A program made the translations under genes and the position numbers. The notes under the pieces were generated by a model, which was not told where the DNA came from, did no database searches, and saw nothing but the letters and a program-made list of their open reading frames with translations. This document shows, in pieces, positions 16,609-26,812 of a stretch of DNA of 64,000 nt; the stretch's first letter is position 1, and each line of letters opens with the position of its first letter. The stretch comes from an uncultured bacterium (GTDB taxonomy: Bacteria; Patescibacteriota; Minisyncoccia; Phycocordibacterales; Phycocordibacteraceae): contig CAVXAH010000001.1 in assembly GCA_963759775.1 (NCBI GenBank), forward strand, positions 208,682 to 272,681, written 5' to 3'.

Positions 16609-19600
16609 ATCGTACCCCCCGAGCGTTCGAAGAACCCATTACCGTTGCCACTACTGTCGGTACGCGAAATCAGGCTGACATTAGTACCGCGCAGTAACGC
16701 AAAGTATCGGAGTCAGTGCCAGCGATATTAAACTTCGCCCCTGGAGTCACTGTTCCGATGCCAACTCGACCATCATTTCTCACAAACAGAATGCTGGTTC
16801 CGTTGCTGTCCGTTACGTTGAGCGAGGAGTTAGCAGATGTCGCATCCGTACCTTGAATACTCAATTTTGACAGCGGACTCGTCGTACCGATGCCGACGTT
16901 GTTGCCGTTAAGATTTAGAATTGTTGAACTGGTCGGATTTCCCAACGAAACAATGTTGGAAGAGTTCATGGTGAGCACACTTCTATCAACTCCGATATTA
17001 TCGACGATCTTAAAAGCTTGCGCATTATCGATAACGACGTTCCCTCCTGATACATGCAATTTCCCAAGCGGCGAAGTTGTCCCAATGCCAACGTTGCCGC
17101 CAAATTCTTGGAGTACGATAGGCGTTTTTACAGAATTGCCGACATTGAAGGATTCGATACCGAGATAGTTATTGCTTCCATTGTAATCTCTATAGATATA
17201 TCCGACAGTGCCTCCTGACACACCGAACCCGAGTAGTTGTTCGTATGTTGTTGATGTCTCAGATTGCGCACCGGTGATCTGCAATTTTGCCGAAGGCGTC
17301 GTCGTCCCAATGCCGACATTGCCCGTGCCATCAATCACCATTCTCGTCGCAGGAGTCGCTCCCGTGACAAAACAATGTCACGGCTTGCTCCACTTGGGCG
17401 CGATTGAAGAACGAGATTTCCTGCCGTAAGAAAGGGGTATACGCCACCACCATTTGATGTTGAATACAAAACAGGGTGCGTATCCGTAGTATCGAATGCG
17501 GTCGCATTGTTTCCGAAATGGAGTAGAGTCGCGACATTTATGTTACCCGTTACGTCCAAGTTAAATGCAGGGGATGTATTTCCAACCCCCACATTCCCAT
17601 TTTGAAGCACCGTGAGGCCCGTAGCGCCGGCGGCTGAAAGACCGCCGGCGAATGTGGAGGTTGCTGTTGTTGAGGTCGCATGGAAATACTCCGCCACCAC
17701 AGGCCCGACAACAGAAAGTTTGGCGTACGGCGAGGTGGTGCCGATGCCGACGTTGCCGTTGGCTTTTATTGAAAAAAGGTTCGCACCCGATGCGCTTGAA
17801 TCAACTCGAAGAGCATACGTTGCACTGTCGGAAGGTCCCACCCGGATGAGTAGTCCATTTCTATTGCTCCCGGCGAAGAACCTGTTTGCACAATGCCTGC
17901 TACATATCCTCCGCCTAGCCCCGACCAAGTAAGTCCACCCGCCAATACGCCAGTGCCATCGAGATCCGCTAAAGCAGTTGCTGTGTTTGAAAGAAGAGTG
18001 ATCGGACTCGTCGTCCCAATCCCCACATTCCCATTTTGAAGCACGGTGAGGCCCGAGAGCTGGCGGCTGAAAGACCGCCGGCGAATGTTGAGGTTGCGGT
18101 CGTGGAAGTGGCGTGGAAATACTCCGCTACAACAGGCCCCACGACCGAAAGTTTTGCGTATGGCGATGATGTCCCAATCCCGACGTTGCCGCCCTCAAGC
18201 ACGGTGAAAAGGGTTGCAGGAGGCGGTGTTGATGACGTTGAAAAGTGAGCCGGTGCCACCAGTCCCAGTGCGTGAGGCGCGAAGACGGCGAGGTGGTACC
18301 AAAGCCAGAGTTCCCGTTTGCAACCACAAATGCGGTTGGGTTTCTGGAGGTGGTGGATGCCGAGCCCGCGACGGTGAGCCCGCCGTTTATGAGTGCATCA
18401 CTCCCCACGCCAAGACCGCCGCGGATGTTGAGCCCGCTGCCAAAGACCGCGAGCGCGTCCACTTGGAGAGAGTCGGTTTGGATGTTGCCCGCATAGAGGG
18501 TGGATGCTTCAAGACCGCCAATGTCAATAACGGCGAGAGAGTCGCGGTTGAAATTAGCCACATACGCATACTTGCCGGAGACAAGAAGATGCCGCGAGCA
18601 CCTTGAAGTGAGGTGCCGGGGGTGGGGCCTTGGGTTTCGGCGATGAAGGTGGGACTTGCGGGGTTGGAGATATCAATAACGGCGAGAGAGGCGCGGGTGA
18701 TGTTGGCCACATACGCATACTTGCCGGAGACGAAGATGCCACTGGCAGCGTCAAGCGAGGTGCCGGGGGTGGGGCCTTGGGTTTCGGCGATGAAGAGGTG
18801 GGACTTGCGGGGTTTGAGATGTCAATGACGGCGAGAGAGTCGCGGTTGGAATTAACCACATACGCATACTTGCCGGAGACGAAGATGCCGATGGGACCAT
18901 CCAGCGAGGTGCCGGGGGTGGGGCCTTGGGTTTCGGCGATGAAGGTGGGACTTGCGGGGTTGCTGATGTCAATGACGGCGAGAGAGTCGCGGTTGGAATT
19001 AACCACATACGCATACTTGCCGGAGACGAAGATGTTGCGAGCGCCATCAAGTGAGGTGCCGGGGGTGGGGCCTTGGGTTTCGGCGATGAAGGTGGGAGTT
19101 GCGGGGTTGGATATGTCGATGACGGCGAGAGAGGCGCGGGTGATGTTGGCCACATACGCAGTACTTGCCGGAGACGAAGATGCCACTGGCGCCGTCAAGC
19201 GAGGTGCCGGGGGTGGGGCCTTGGGTTTCGGCGATGAAGGTGGGACTTGCGGGGTTTGATGTCAATGACGGCGAGAGAGTCGCGGTTTTGATTTGCCACA
19301 TACGCATACTTGCCGGAGACGAAGATGTTGCGAGCGCCATCAAGTGAGGTGCCGGGGGTGGGGCCTTGGGTTTCGGCGATGAAGGTGGGACTTGCGGGGT
19401 TTGAGATGTCAATAACGGCGAGAGAGTCGCGGTTGGAATTAACCACATACGCATACTTGCCGGAGACGAAGATGCCGATGGGACCATCCAGCGAGGTGCC
19501 GGGGGTGGGGCCTTGGGTTTCACTGATGAATTCCGGGTCGATGGCGCGGCCTGCGAAGTATGAGCTGCCGCGCCCGGAGATGGAGGCATAGGGGCCGCCG

Positions 19601-20432
19601 AGAAGTGCGGTCGAGCTTGCGACCGCAAAAAGAGGCGACGTGGATGCTTGTCCCGCAGAACCCGCCACCGAAAGTTTTGCGTATGGCGATGATGTCCCAA
19701 TCCCGACGTTGCCAGATTTGTCTATTCTCACTCTTTCACTGGATGCGGTGCCAAGGTCGTGCGTGTGAAAAGCCAAGTAGCCCTCGCCAGTGCCTGAAGG
19801 CCCACCAAACTCAATTCCAGAAAAACCCTCGTCAGTAGCAAGGTTATTTTCTGCTCCATATTTGGTTATACCGATGTATCGAGACGTTGTGATCAAATCA
19901 TTCCAATTACCCAAAGAAATGCCCGTTACCGTTCCAGCGGAACCATATATGCTCAGCTTGCTTCCTGGACTCGTGGTACTGATGCCCACGCGCTGATTGA
20001 GTGTATCAATGGAGAGAATGGAGTTGCTTGTGGCGTCGGTGAAATTGAACGTGTTTACCAGATTTGTCTGCGGCGTGAAGAAAAGGCCTGGGCTTGCGCC
20101 ATTTATACCGAGCGTCGTAGTGCCCGTGGAATTTACCGACGTTGTGATTTCGTTTGAGCTGTCATACTGAATACGAAACTGTGGCGCGACCGTAGAGGTG
20201 ATGGTCTGCGCACCAGAATTCACGATGCCGCCGGCAAGGAGATTTCCCGAATTATCTACGCGGAAAAGTGTCGTGCCAGCATTTGATTTGTAATTAATGA
20301 AGTCGCCCGAAGGAGCGGTGTCGGTAATGCGATACGCGCTGATGAAAGGCGTGCCGTTTGCGTTTTGAAGTATTTCAAGAGAAGCGCCGGCTGTGGTGGT
20401 GCCGATGCCAAGTCTTCCGGAAGTAAGTCACC
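16609..20432 (-). pseudogene. central part of the same giant gene, coding sense spread over at least 8 abutting frames
   Basis: Track ORFs 16670..17341, 17335..17928, 17766..18044, 17969..18259, 18127..18561, 18554..19198 and 19195..20223 carry the same repeat themes. Their frames can be spliced into continuous sense. Confidence 0.6.
18540..19560 (-). repeat. seven tandem ~147-bp units encoding LVIVD-type repeats
   Basis: The anchor CCACATACGC recurs at 18558, 18707, 18856, 19003, 19150, 19296 and 19443. Each unit encodes KYAYVVNSNRDSLAVIDISNPASPTFIAETQGPTPGTSLDG. Confidence 0.8.
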
Positions 20433-22669
20433 CGCAGGCGCTCGGCGCCTGCGGTAGAGAGGGCGAGTGTATTTGCAGCTGGCGACCACCAGCCAGTATC
20501 AACATCGTTTGAAAACGTAAACGCCGGAGCGCCTGCGGCGCCGAGTGTGGAAGCGGCGAAGTAAGTAGCCGTAGAGGTAGCGCTTGCGGTGATTCCGGCA
20601 ACTGAAAGATTGCCGGAGAGAAGCGCATCTCCCTGAACCGACAAACGAGACCCGGGAGAGGTGGTGCCGATGCCGACGTTGTTCGTAGTGAAGTCATATA
20701 CCAATCCGGAAGTCTCAATGGCGAGTCCTCCCGCAAAGGTGGATGTGGCTGCGGCGTCGGTTGCCACAAAGAACGCCGCGGTATTTGCGCCCGTCGTGGA
20801 AAGACTTCCTGAAACCGAGAGTGTGCCGAAAGTTCCCGTATCCGCCTCGACCGTCCCGGCATTTAGAACATTGCCACCATCAAGCGTCCCGTCTATCTGG
20901 ACGTAATTGCTCAAGTTATTTTCCAAGCTGTCGTACACGCCGTTGATAACTTTATCGAGATAGTCTTTGGAGACACCGGAAACAAGGGTTTGGTAGGTTG
21001 GGTTTGAGTAGTACGTGGGATACGAGATGTTGGTGACGCGAGTCGTAGTCCCAGTTCCTCCCGCAAGCGAGCCGGAAGGTACTCCGGGAAGCACGATAGT
21101 TGGTGGTGGAGCAAACAACATTGCAAGCGCATTCGTCACACCAGAGAACCATCCGCGGATAGTTTCGTAAGTGGTAAGTGCTACGCGCTCGCCCGCCTCT
21201 GCAAACCCGAGCGCCGCAGAGAGATCTACCGAAATTTCCGGTATGCCCACTGCCGCGACTGTGAGACCTTTGTTCCCTTTTAGAAGATCGCTTTTGAGCG
21301 TCTCGAGCGCAACCGCGCTTTTGCCAAGGGCTCCTAGCGTCGCGATTTCAATTTTTTTTGGAAGCTCCGACACGCCGTGCACAGCTTCGTATGCAAGCGC
21401 ACCCGAAGAAGTAATCGCTTGCTCGTATCCACCAAGAAGGCTCTCGAGTCCCCCCACAAATGCGAGTGCCGACGTGTACTCTGCATTAAAAACCGCCTCC
21501 GCGATGCGCGGCCCGCCGTCCGCAAGCGCCTTTGTAAAACCAAGATACGCACCAGCAACGTCATGTGGTGCGCTGTCCGCAAAGACTGCAAGATGCTCCC
21601 CCACGTTCGTTACAAGCGAGAAGGCTACGCGCGCGCTTTCCGGTGCCGCTTCCGCAGTGCCGTACGCAAGCGAAGTACCAGCGCGTATAGACCCGTGTGA
21701 AGCGGCGATGAGCGCATTTCCAACCGCAAGATTAAACTTCACCGCCGCGACGGGCGCGGCGCGTATCGCGTCCCGCGTCCTCTCACCAAGCGAGAGTGCC
21801 TTTCCTCCCACGGTGTTTACAAACGAAAGATATTTCTCAAACGCACCGTGGCTCAAGCTATACCCCGCCTGCCCCACACTTGTGTACACATTCCACGGAA
21901 GCGACGCCACACTCGCAACGCTTTTTTCCCACGAGATTTTTGAAACGATGTTCGCAACCTCCCCAATCGTCGGGATCGCAACCACTCGTGTTTGATTTTC
22001 GGAATTTCGCAACCTCCAACCTCCAACCTCCAACCTCGGAGTTTCTATCGGCATCGCAAAAAATGTTGAGTCCGGGTACGCCAAGTGCGGTGACGCCATT
22101 TCATTCGTCATGTCCTCAACGCGCATCTTTGTGCGCGCTTGTGTTTCCAAAATTTCTGCGTTTATCAAAGCAAGCCGATCACTTACCGCGTCTTGTTTCT
22201 CCGACGCTACGCCCGCGAACGCGACTGATGCGTCAAACACTGAAGCTCCTGCATTTTCCAAAAAGTCAGTGAACACTGCGGCACGTGCGAACGCACCTGC
22301 ACCACCTACGACAAAAAGTGCAGTGGCAATAGCGACTCCTTCGCGCGCGAGCCACGTTGTTGGAAATACTCTAGAAGCTTTCGGAAGCGGAGCACTGAGC
22401 ACGCGCGCCACTTTTTGTATCGGAGAGTGGACAGCGCGGTATTCCTTCTCGCGCACCTGTTGGAGTGTGCGAGCGCGCACCTGGTTGCGGTCGCCCTGCG
22501 CTTGCACAAAGCCCTCAAGAGAATTCCTATCAATAAACCACGTACGGCCAATCTGCTTGCCTATCAATTTCCCCGAGCGACACAGACGCGCGAGGTAGTC
22601 AGAGTTATATCCAGAAAATTTGGATGCTTCTCTATTTGAAATTAGATTTGTATTTAAGAAAGGATCCAT
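20375..22669 (-). CDS. N-terminal 764 codons of the giant surface protein (HTH + TM + extracellular region)
   Basis: Excisionase-type HTH ISNREASKFSGYNSDYLARLCRSGKLIGKQIGRTWFI, then TM helix GVAIATALFVVGGAGAFARAAVF. The frame is lost at approx 20425. Confidence 0.75.
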   Translation of the reverse strand: MDPFLNTNLISNREASKFSGYNSDYLARLCRSGKLIGKQIGRTWFIDRNSLEGFVQAQGDRNQVRARTLQQVREKEYRAVHSPIQKVARVLSAPLPKASRVFPTTWLAREGVAIATALFVVGGAGAFARAAVFTDFLENAGASVFDASVAFAGVASEKQDAVSDRLALINAEILETQARTKMRVEDMTNEMASPHLAYPDSTFFAMPIETPRLEVGGWRLRNSENQTRVVAIPTIGEVANIVSKISWEKSVASVASLPWNVYTSVGQAGYSLSHGAFEKYLSFVNTVGGKALSLGERTRDAIRAAPVAAVKFNLAVGNALIAASHGSIRAGTSLAYGTAEAAPESARVAFSLVTNVGEHLAVFADSAPHDVAGAYLGFTKALADGGPRIAEAVFNAEYTSALAFVGGLESLLGGYEQAITSSGALAYEAVHGVSELPKKIEIATLGALGKSAVALETLKSDLLKGNKGLTVAAVGIPEISVDLSAALGFAEAGERVALTTYETIRGWFSGVTNALAMLFAPPPTIVLPGVPSGSLAGGTGTTTRVTNISYPTYYSNPTYQTLVSGVSKDYLDKVINGVYDSLENNLSNYVQIDGTLDGGNVLNAGTVEADTGTFGTLSVSGSLSTTGANTAAFFVATDAAATSTFAGGLAIETSGLVYDFTTNNVGIGTTSPGSRLSVQGDALLSGNLSVAGITASATSTATYFAASTLGAAGAPAFTFSNDVDTGWWSPAANTLALSTAGAERLRVTYFRKTWHRHHHSRRFS

Positions 22670-22833
22670 AGTCGGATATCCGAATTACCTATATTCTACC
22701 TAACAAGTTGGTGATAACGTGTATATTTTGTGTGGATAAGGTGTCAATAATGAAAAAGCATGAATTTGAACAAAAACAGAGCTTAAATAATTTTCACAGG
22801 AGGGATTAGTGCTTGCTTGTATGAAAACCCTCC

Positions 22834-22936
22834 GGCGAACAGGTACTCCACCCAGTACGGCATTTTCCCTGCTGAGAAAATGCCTGAAATGCTCGCGTCG
22901 TCACGCTCTCAACCCCCTTTAAAGCACCTGTTCGCC
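22834..22936 (-). repeat. structured intergenic repeat, family A, copy 2 (inverted orientation)
   Basis: Outer stem GGCGAACAGGTAC / GCACCTGTTCGCC. Reverse complement contains GCGAGCATTTCAG-GGCATTTTC-TCAGCAGG-GAAAATGCC-GTAC. Confidence 0.6.
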
Positions 22937-23373
22937 ATTTGGCATCCGGCTTTGGATGTTTTATATATGTGAAAAATAGAAAATTCGATCTTTGATACCA
23001 AAATTTCACAAAATATTCTTGAACCTCAAAAGAACTCAGCTGAAGAAAACCATGAGTATCTTCAATAAATACCTAGCTATATCGGATGTCCGACACCAAA
23101 CAAAGCGGAAAGTACCAAGCACTAAATCTCAAGAACCAAACACACTGACCCCACATGCAGATAGCGTCGTAAAACTTTATTTCCATACGTTGTGCGACGT
23201 TAAAGCAAAAGAAGGACCAAGTACCAAAACTCAAGAACCAAACAAGTACGAGAGAATTCCTCTTTTAATGCTTATGCCTGGATTTTAGTGCTCTGATCCT
23301 CTTGTTTGGTTCTTGATGCTTCAATATTGGTAATTTCTACTAGCTGTTCTATCCGAGAAAAGATATGACTTAT

Positions 23374-24138
23374 TTACTTGTTATTTATGATAGTGATTCC
23401 CGCTGCTCTCGATATTAAAGTGTTAGACGAGATCGTTGAATCTAAGAGCCCTAAGCCTAATACACCCAGCAAAAGCGATAGAACGGCCAAAACAAGAGCC
23501 ACGAGCCGAAGGGTTCGGAAACCTACCCCAAGAGACACTTCCCCCCTTACAGCTCGCTCCGGCGACTTCTCTTCCCCCTCCACTGCAAGCTCCTCAAGCT
23601 TCACCTTCTTCATAACACCAAATTTCGGAGCTTCTTGGGTCTTATAAATAGTATGTATCGGTACCTGCACCGCTCCGGTCTCTACAACAGGTTCTACATT
23701 TCTTTGCGCATCTGCTTCAGTAGCGGATATTTGTGGCCGTGAGAACCAATCTTTCCATGCGCCGTGCATGACTTCGAGAGTGTTTTGCGTCTGACTCTCA
23801 TCTATCTGCGGATCCTTCTTCTCGGTTTTTGGCTGTTCCGAAAGCTTGTTGAGCGATGGAAAATACTCATTGCTTTCGCTCTTGTATCGTGGAGCTTCCC
23901 ATGTCGGGTGGAGAGGTTCTTTTGATACTTCTGGAGCAACTTCCATCTTTGGTTCTTCCGCTCCAAATCGGTGATCCTGAAGTGCTGACTCTAGTACATA
24001 CCAAGTCCTGCCGATGAGCCTGGCAGGGACCCTTCCTTCTCTGCAGAGCTGGCCGATGTAGTCTTTTGCGTAGCCGGTTATCTCCGCCGCTTGCTTAGAC
24101 GAGATATATTTCTTGTGATCAATAATGACCTCTTGCAT
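23374..24138 (-). CDS. HTH (excisionase-type) protein with C-terminal TM helix
   Basis: ISSKQAAEITGYAKDYIGQLCREGRVPARLIGRTWYV at the N-terminus and LVALVLAVLSLLLGVLGLGLL near the C-terminus. Confidence 0.6.
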   Translation of the reverse strand: MQEVIIDHKKYISSKQAAEITGYAKDYIGQLCREGRVPARLIGRTWYVLESALQDHRFGAEEPKMEVAPEVSKEPLHPTWEAPRYKSESNEYFPSLNKLSEQPKTEKKDPQIDESQTQNTLEVMHGAWKDWFSRPQISATEADAQRNVEPVVETGAVQVPIHTIYKTQEAPKFGVMKKVKLEELAVEGEEKSPERAVRGEVSLGVGFRTLRLVALVLAVLSLLLGVLGLGLLDSTISSNTLISRAAGITIINNK

Positions 24139-24227
24139 GACCTGCAGTATAGCGCTATCTCGTCTCGGATAGAAAGTCCCCTTCCCTGTTCATAACCTGT
24201 GGAGAAAACCGACCCTGCCTGCTCGTC

Positions 24228-25610
24228 CTATGACAATTTCTTAACGATGATTTCTTTGAGGAGTGCTGGGTTGCCGGATCCCTTGCTTGCTTTCATGCTT
24301 TTTCCAATGAGGTACTGGAGCGAGGCGATCTTCCCTGCTCGGTATTCGGCAACCGCTTTTGTCTCATCACGAAGCACGGTATCAACGACGGCTTCCAATG
24401 TGCCCGTGTCATGTACCTGGAGCAGTCCTTTTTCTTTTGCGATCGCTTCCGGCTCACCACCAGTCTCTACCATAATCGCAAAAATATCTTTCGCGCCTCT
24501 TGAAGAAAGCTCTTGATTACTTGTCATGGAAATAACTTTTGCGAAAGCATCGGGAGTTACGTTTCTCTGTTCCCCCGCAAAATCAGAAACAAAGTAGTTC
24601 ATAGCGAGACCGTACTGGTCCGGACTTAGTTTTGAAAGAACTGCATCCAGAAATAGCACGCGTTCATTTTTGCCTACGACAAACTCAACGTCTGCTTCTT
24701 TAAAATTAAATGCTTTGTATTTTGCACGATGCCCACCCGGGAGTACGGGTAAGCTCGCTCGTATGGATTCTTCTGTAAATTCGGGAACTTCGGAAAGCAT
24801 AAGCTTTGGGAGATCTGGCTCCGGGAAGTAGCGGTAGTCGGCACTCCCCTCTTTGAAGCGCTGGTGGAACGTCTCTTGTTTTGCTTCGTTCCAGCCTCGC
24901 GTTTCTTGCCGTAGCGTCTCGCCCTTTTCAAGGGCGCGTATCTGGCGGTCTACCTCGTAGACAATCGCACGCTCCACCGAGCGAAACGAATTCAGATTTT
25001 TCACCTCGACTTTTGTCCCAAACGTCCCTTCCTCGGCAGAGACAGAGATGTTTGCTTCAATACGCATCTCGCCTTTCTCAAGGTTTGCCTCTCCCGCTCC
25101 AAGTGTACGAAGGAGCAGCTGCAATTCACGCGCAAACTTGCCTGCGGTCTCCGCATCATGAATGACTGGTTCCGTAACGAGCTCCATGAGTGGCACGCCC
25201 GCGCGGTTGAAATCAACGAGCGACTTTCCTTTTGTGTGTGTAGAACGCGCCGTGTCTTCTTCAAGATGGATGCGCGTAACCGCGACACCTCCAAGTGTCC
25301 CGCCTTTCACGAGTGGATGTTCGTACTGGCTGATTTGGTATCCCTTCGGAATATCTGGATAGAAATAACTCTTCCGGTCAAACTCACTGAAGTCTGCGAG
25401 CGTACCGTCTATCGCCGCACCCATACGAAGAACATGCCTAACCGCTTCGCGGTTTATAACCGGCAGTGTGCCCGGGTGCGCAAGACAGATGGGGCATACA
25501 TTACTGTTCGGACGGACCTCGTCCGGATCGTTCTTGCACGAACAAAACATCTTGGTTTTAGTCCGGAGTTCGGCATGCACTTCAAGACCAATGGTGGGGC
25601 GGTAGGACAT
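24228..25610 (-). CDS. gatB: Asp-tRNA(Asn)/Glu-tRNA(Gln) amidotransferase subunit B
   Basis: MSYRPTIGLEVHAELRTKTKMFCSC and the overall GatB layout. Start is ATG 25608-25610. Confidence 0.9.
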   Translation of the reverse strand: MSYRPTIGLEVHAELRTKTKMFCSCKNDPDEVRPNSNVCPICLAHPGTLPVINREAVRHVLRMGAAIDGTLADFSEFDRKSYFYPDIPKGYQISQYEHPLVKGGTLGGVAVTRIHLEEDTARSTHTKGKSLVDFNRAGVPLMELVTEPVIHDAETAGKFARELQLLLRTLGAGEANLEKGEMRIEANISVSAEEGTFGTKVEVKNLNSFRSVERAIVYEVDRQIRALEKGETLRQETRGWNEAKQETFHQRFKEGSADYRYFPEPDLPKLMLSEVPEFTEESIRASLPVLPGGHRAKYKAFNFKEADVEFVVGKNERVLFLDAVLSKLSPDQYGLAMNYFVSDFAGEQRNVTPDAFAKVISMTSNQELSSRGAKDIFAIMVETGGEPEAIAKEKGLLQVHDTGTLEAVVDTVLRDETKAVAEYRAGKIASLQYLIGKSMKASKGSGNPALLKEIIVKKLS

Positions 25611-25685
25611 TATGTAACAAGAGTACGGCGCAAAGTGCGAACGAGCAACTCGCATATTCCTAGAAAATGTTCAAAAACCTATGAC

Positions 25686-25818
25686 CCCTAGGCGGGGCAG
25701 GTGCTTCAGAGGGGGTTGCGAGCGCGACGGCGCGAGCATTTCAGCCATTTTTTCAGCAGGAAAAATGGCGTACCCGAGGAGGTACCTGCCCCGCCTTCGG
25801 GTTTGCCGACAGACCCTA
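25686..25818 (+). repeat. structured intergenic repeat, family A, copy 3
   Basis: 12-bp outer stem GGCGGGGCAGGT / ACCTGCCCCGCC (25691-25702, 25784-25795). Core is GCGAGCATTTCAG-GCCATTTTT-TCAGCAGG-AAAAATGGC-GTACCCGAGGAGG. Confidence 0.6.
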
Positions 25819-26787
25819 GAGCGGGAGCAGCTTGGCGAGCTTATCGGAGAACTCTTTAAGGGCGTCTTTGTCCTCAACACTCACTTCAAGCACTTCCCTG
25901 CCTGTATCCCTACGCAGGAGCTCCGCTTTGGTTTCCCGTTCCGCAAGCGAAACAAGGTCTATTTTTGACAGGATGATAACCTCCTTCTTTTCACCAAGCG
26001 CATGCCCGAATGCCTCAAGCTCCTTGCGTACCTCCCGGTATGCCGCAATAGGGTCGTCTTGGGTAGCCGAGACGAGATGAAAGATAACTCCAGTTCTTTC
26101 TATGTGTTTTAAAAACTTCGTACCAAGACCTCGTCCAGTCGAGGCTCCTTCAATAAGACCTGGAATGTCTGCGAGAATCCTGCCGTGGAAACTCCCGAGA
26201 GCCGGCTCAAGGGTGGTAAAGGCGTAGGCGCCCACCTTGGACTTCGCGCGGGTCAAAGCATTCAAAAGAGACGATTTCCCCGCATTTGGGAGCCCTACAA
26301 AACCCGCATCCGCGATGAGCTTAAGGGTAAGCAGTACATCTCCGCCTGCCGCCGGCTTCCCTGGGGTACATTGGAAGGGGTTCTGGTTCGTAGCACCTTT
26401 ATAGTGTGCGTTTCCCCATCCACCACCACCGCCCTTAAAAAGTACCGTGTGTTCTCCCTCTTTCGTAATTTCAAATTCCTCTCCTGTCTCTATAATGCGC
26501 GCCACGGTTCCTATTGGTACTTTGAGAAAGACCGGGTCGCCGTTTCCTCCATGACAGAGCTCGTTTCCTCCTGCTTCGCCGGGTTTTCCACGAAACTTCT
26601 TTTCGTATCGATATTTTGAGAGATACGCGAGGTCGTGGACTCCTTCCAAAATAACGTCTCCACCGCGACCGCCATCGCCGCCTCCCGGTCCTGCTCGCTC
26701 GGTGCCTTTAATATGCAGCCAGCGCACAACACCATCCCCGCCTTTCCCGGCGGTCGCATGAATCCTCACCTCATCAACAAATGCCAT
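25816..26787 (-). CDS. obg: GTPase Obg
   Basis: FVDEVRIHATAGKGGDGVVRW (Obg fold) and the G1 motif GLPNAGKSSLL. Confidence 0.9.
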   Translation of the reverse strand: MAFVDEVRIHATAGKGGDGVVRWLHIKGTERAGPGGGDGGRGGDVILEGVHDLAYLSKYRYEKKFRGKPGEAGGNELCHGGNGDPVFLKVPIGTVARIIETGEEFEITKEGEHTVLFKGGGGGWGNAHYKGATNQNPFQCTPGKPAAGGDVLLTLKLIADAGFVGLPNAGKSSLLNALTRAKSKVGAYAFTTLEPALGSFHGRILADIPGLIEGASTGRGLGTKFLKHIERTGVIFHLVSATQDDPIAAYREVRKELEAFGHALGEKKEVIILSKIDLVSLAERETKAELLRRDTGREVLEVSVEDKDALKEFSDKLAKLLPL

Positions 26788-26812
26788 CTCTGCACCATAG
26801 CAAACTTATCCG

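Noticed and set aside
18540-19560. A regularly spaced repeat array considered as a possible CRISPR.
   Set aside because: The units are 147 bp, contiguous without spacers, and translate to LVIVD protein repeats within the giant gene.
22731-22739. Perfect DnaA-box 9-mers TGTGGATAA at 22731-22739 and 30503-30511, as a possible replication origin.
   Set aside because: They are single isolated boxes with no cluster, no AT-rich unwinding element pattern, and no dnaA/dnaN nearby. About one such 9-mer is expected by chance in 64 kb on two strands.
22992-23288. 98-aa plus-strand ORF in the spacer upstream of the giant gene, with repeated PSTK(S/T)QEPN peptides.
   Set aside because: The peptide repeat only mirrors the DNA-level 30-nt direct repeats. 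A third copy is inverted and out of frame, and no start context or motif supports coding.
22806-25880. Small ORFs over the family A repeats (22806..23009, 25671..25880, 25681..25968).
   Set aside because: They run through hairpin repeats in inconsistent frames and strands between copies. The conservation is at stem-pairing level, not at the amino-acid level.
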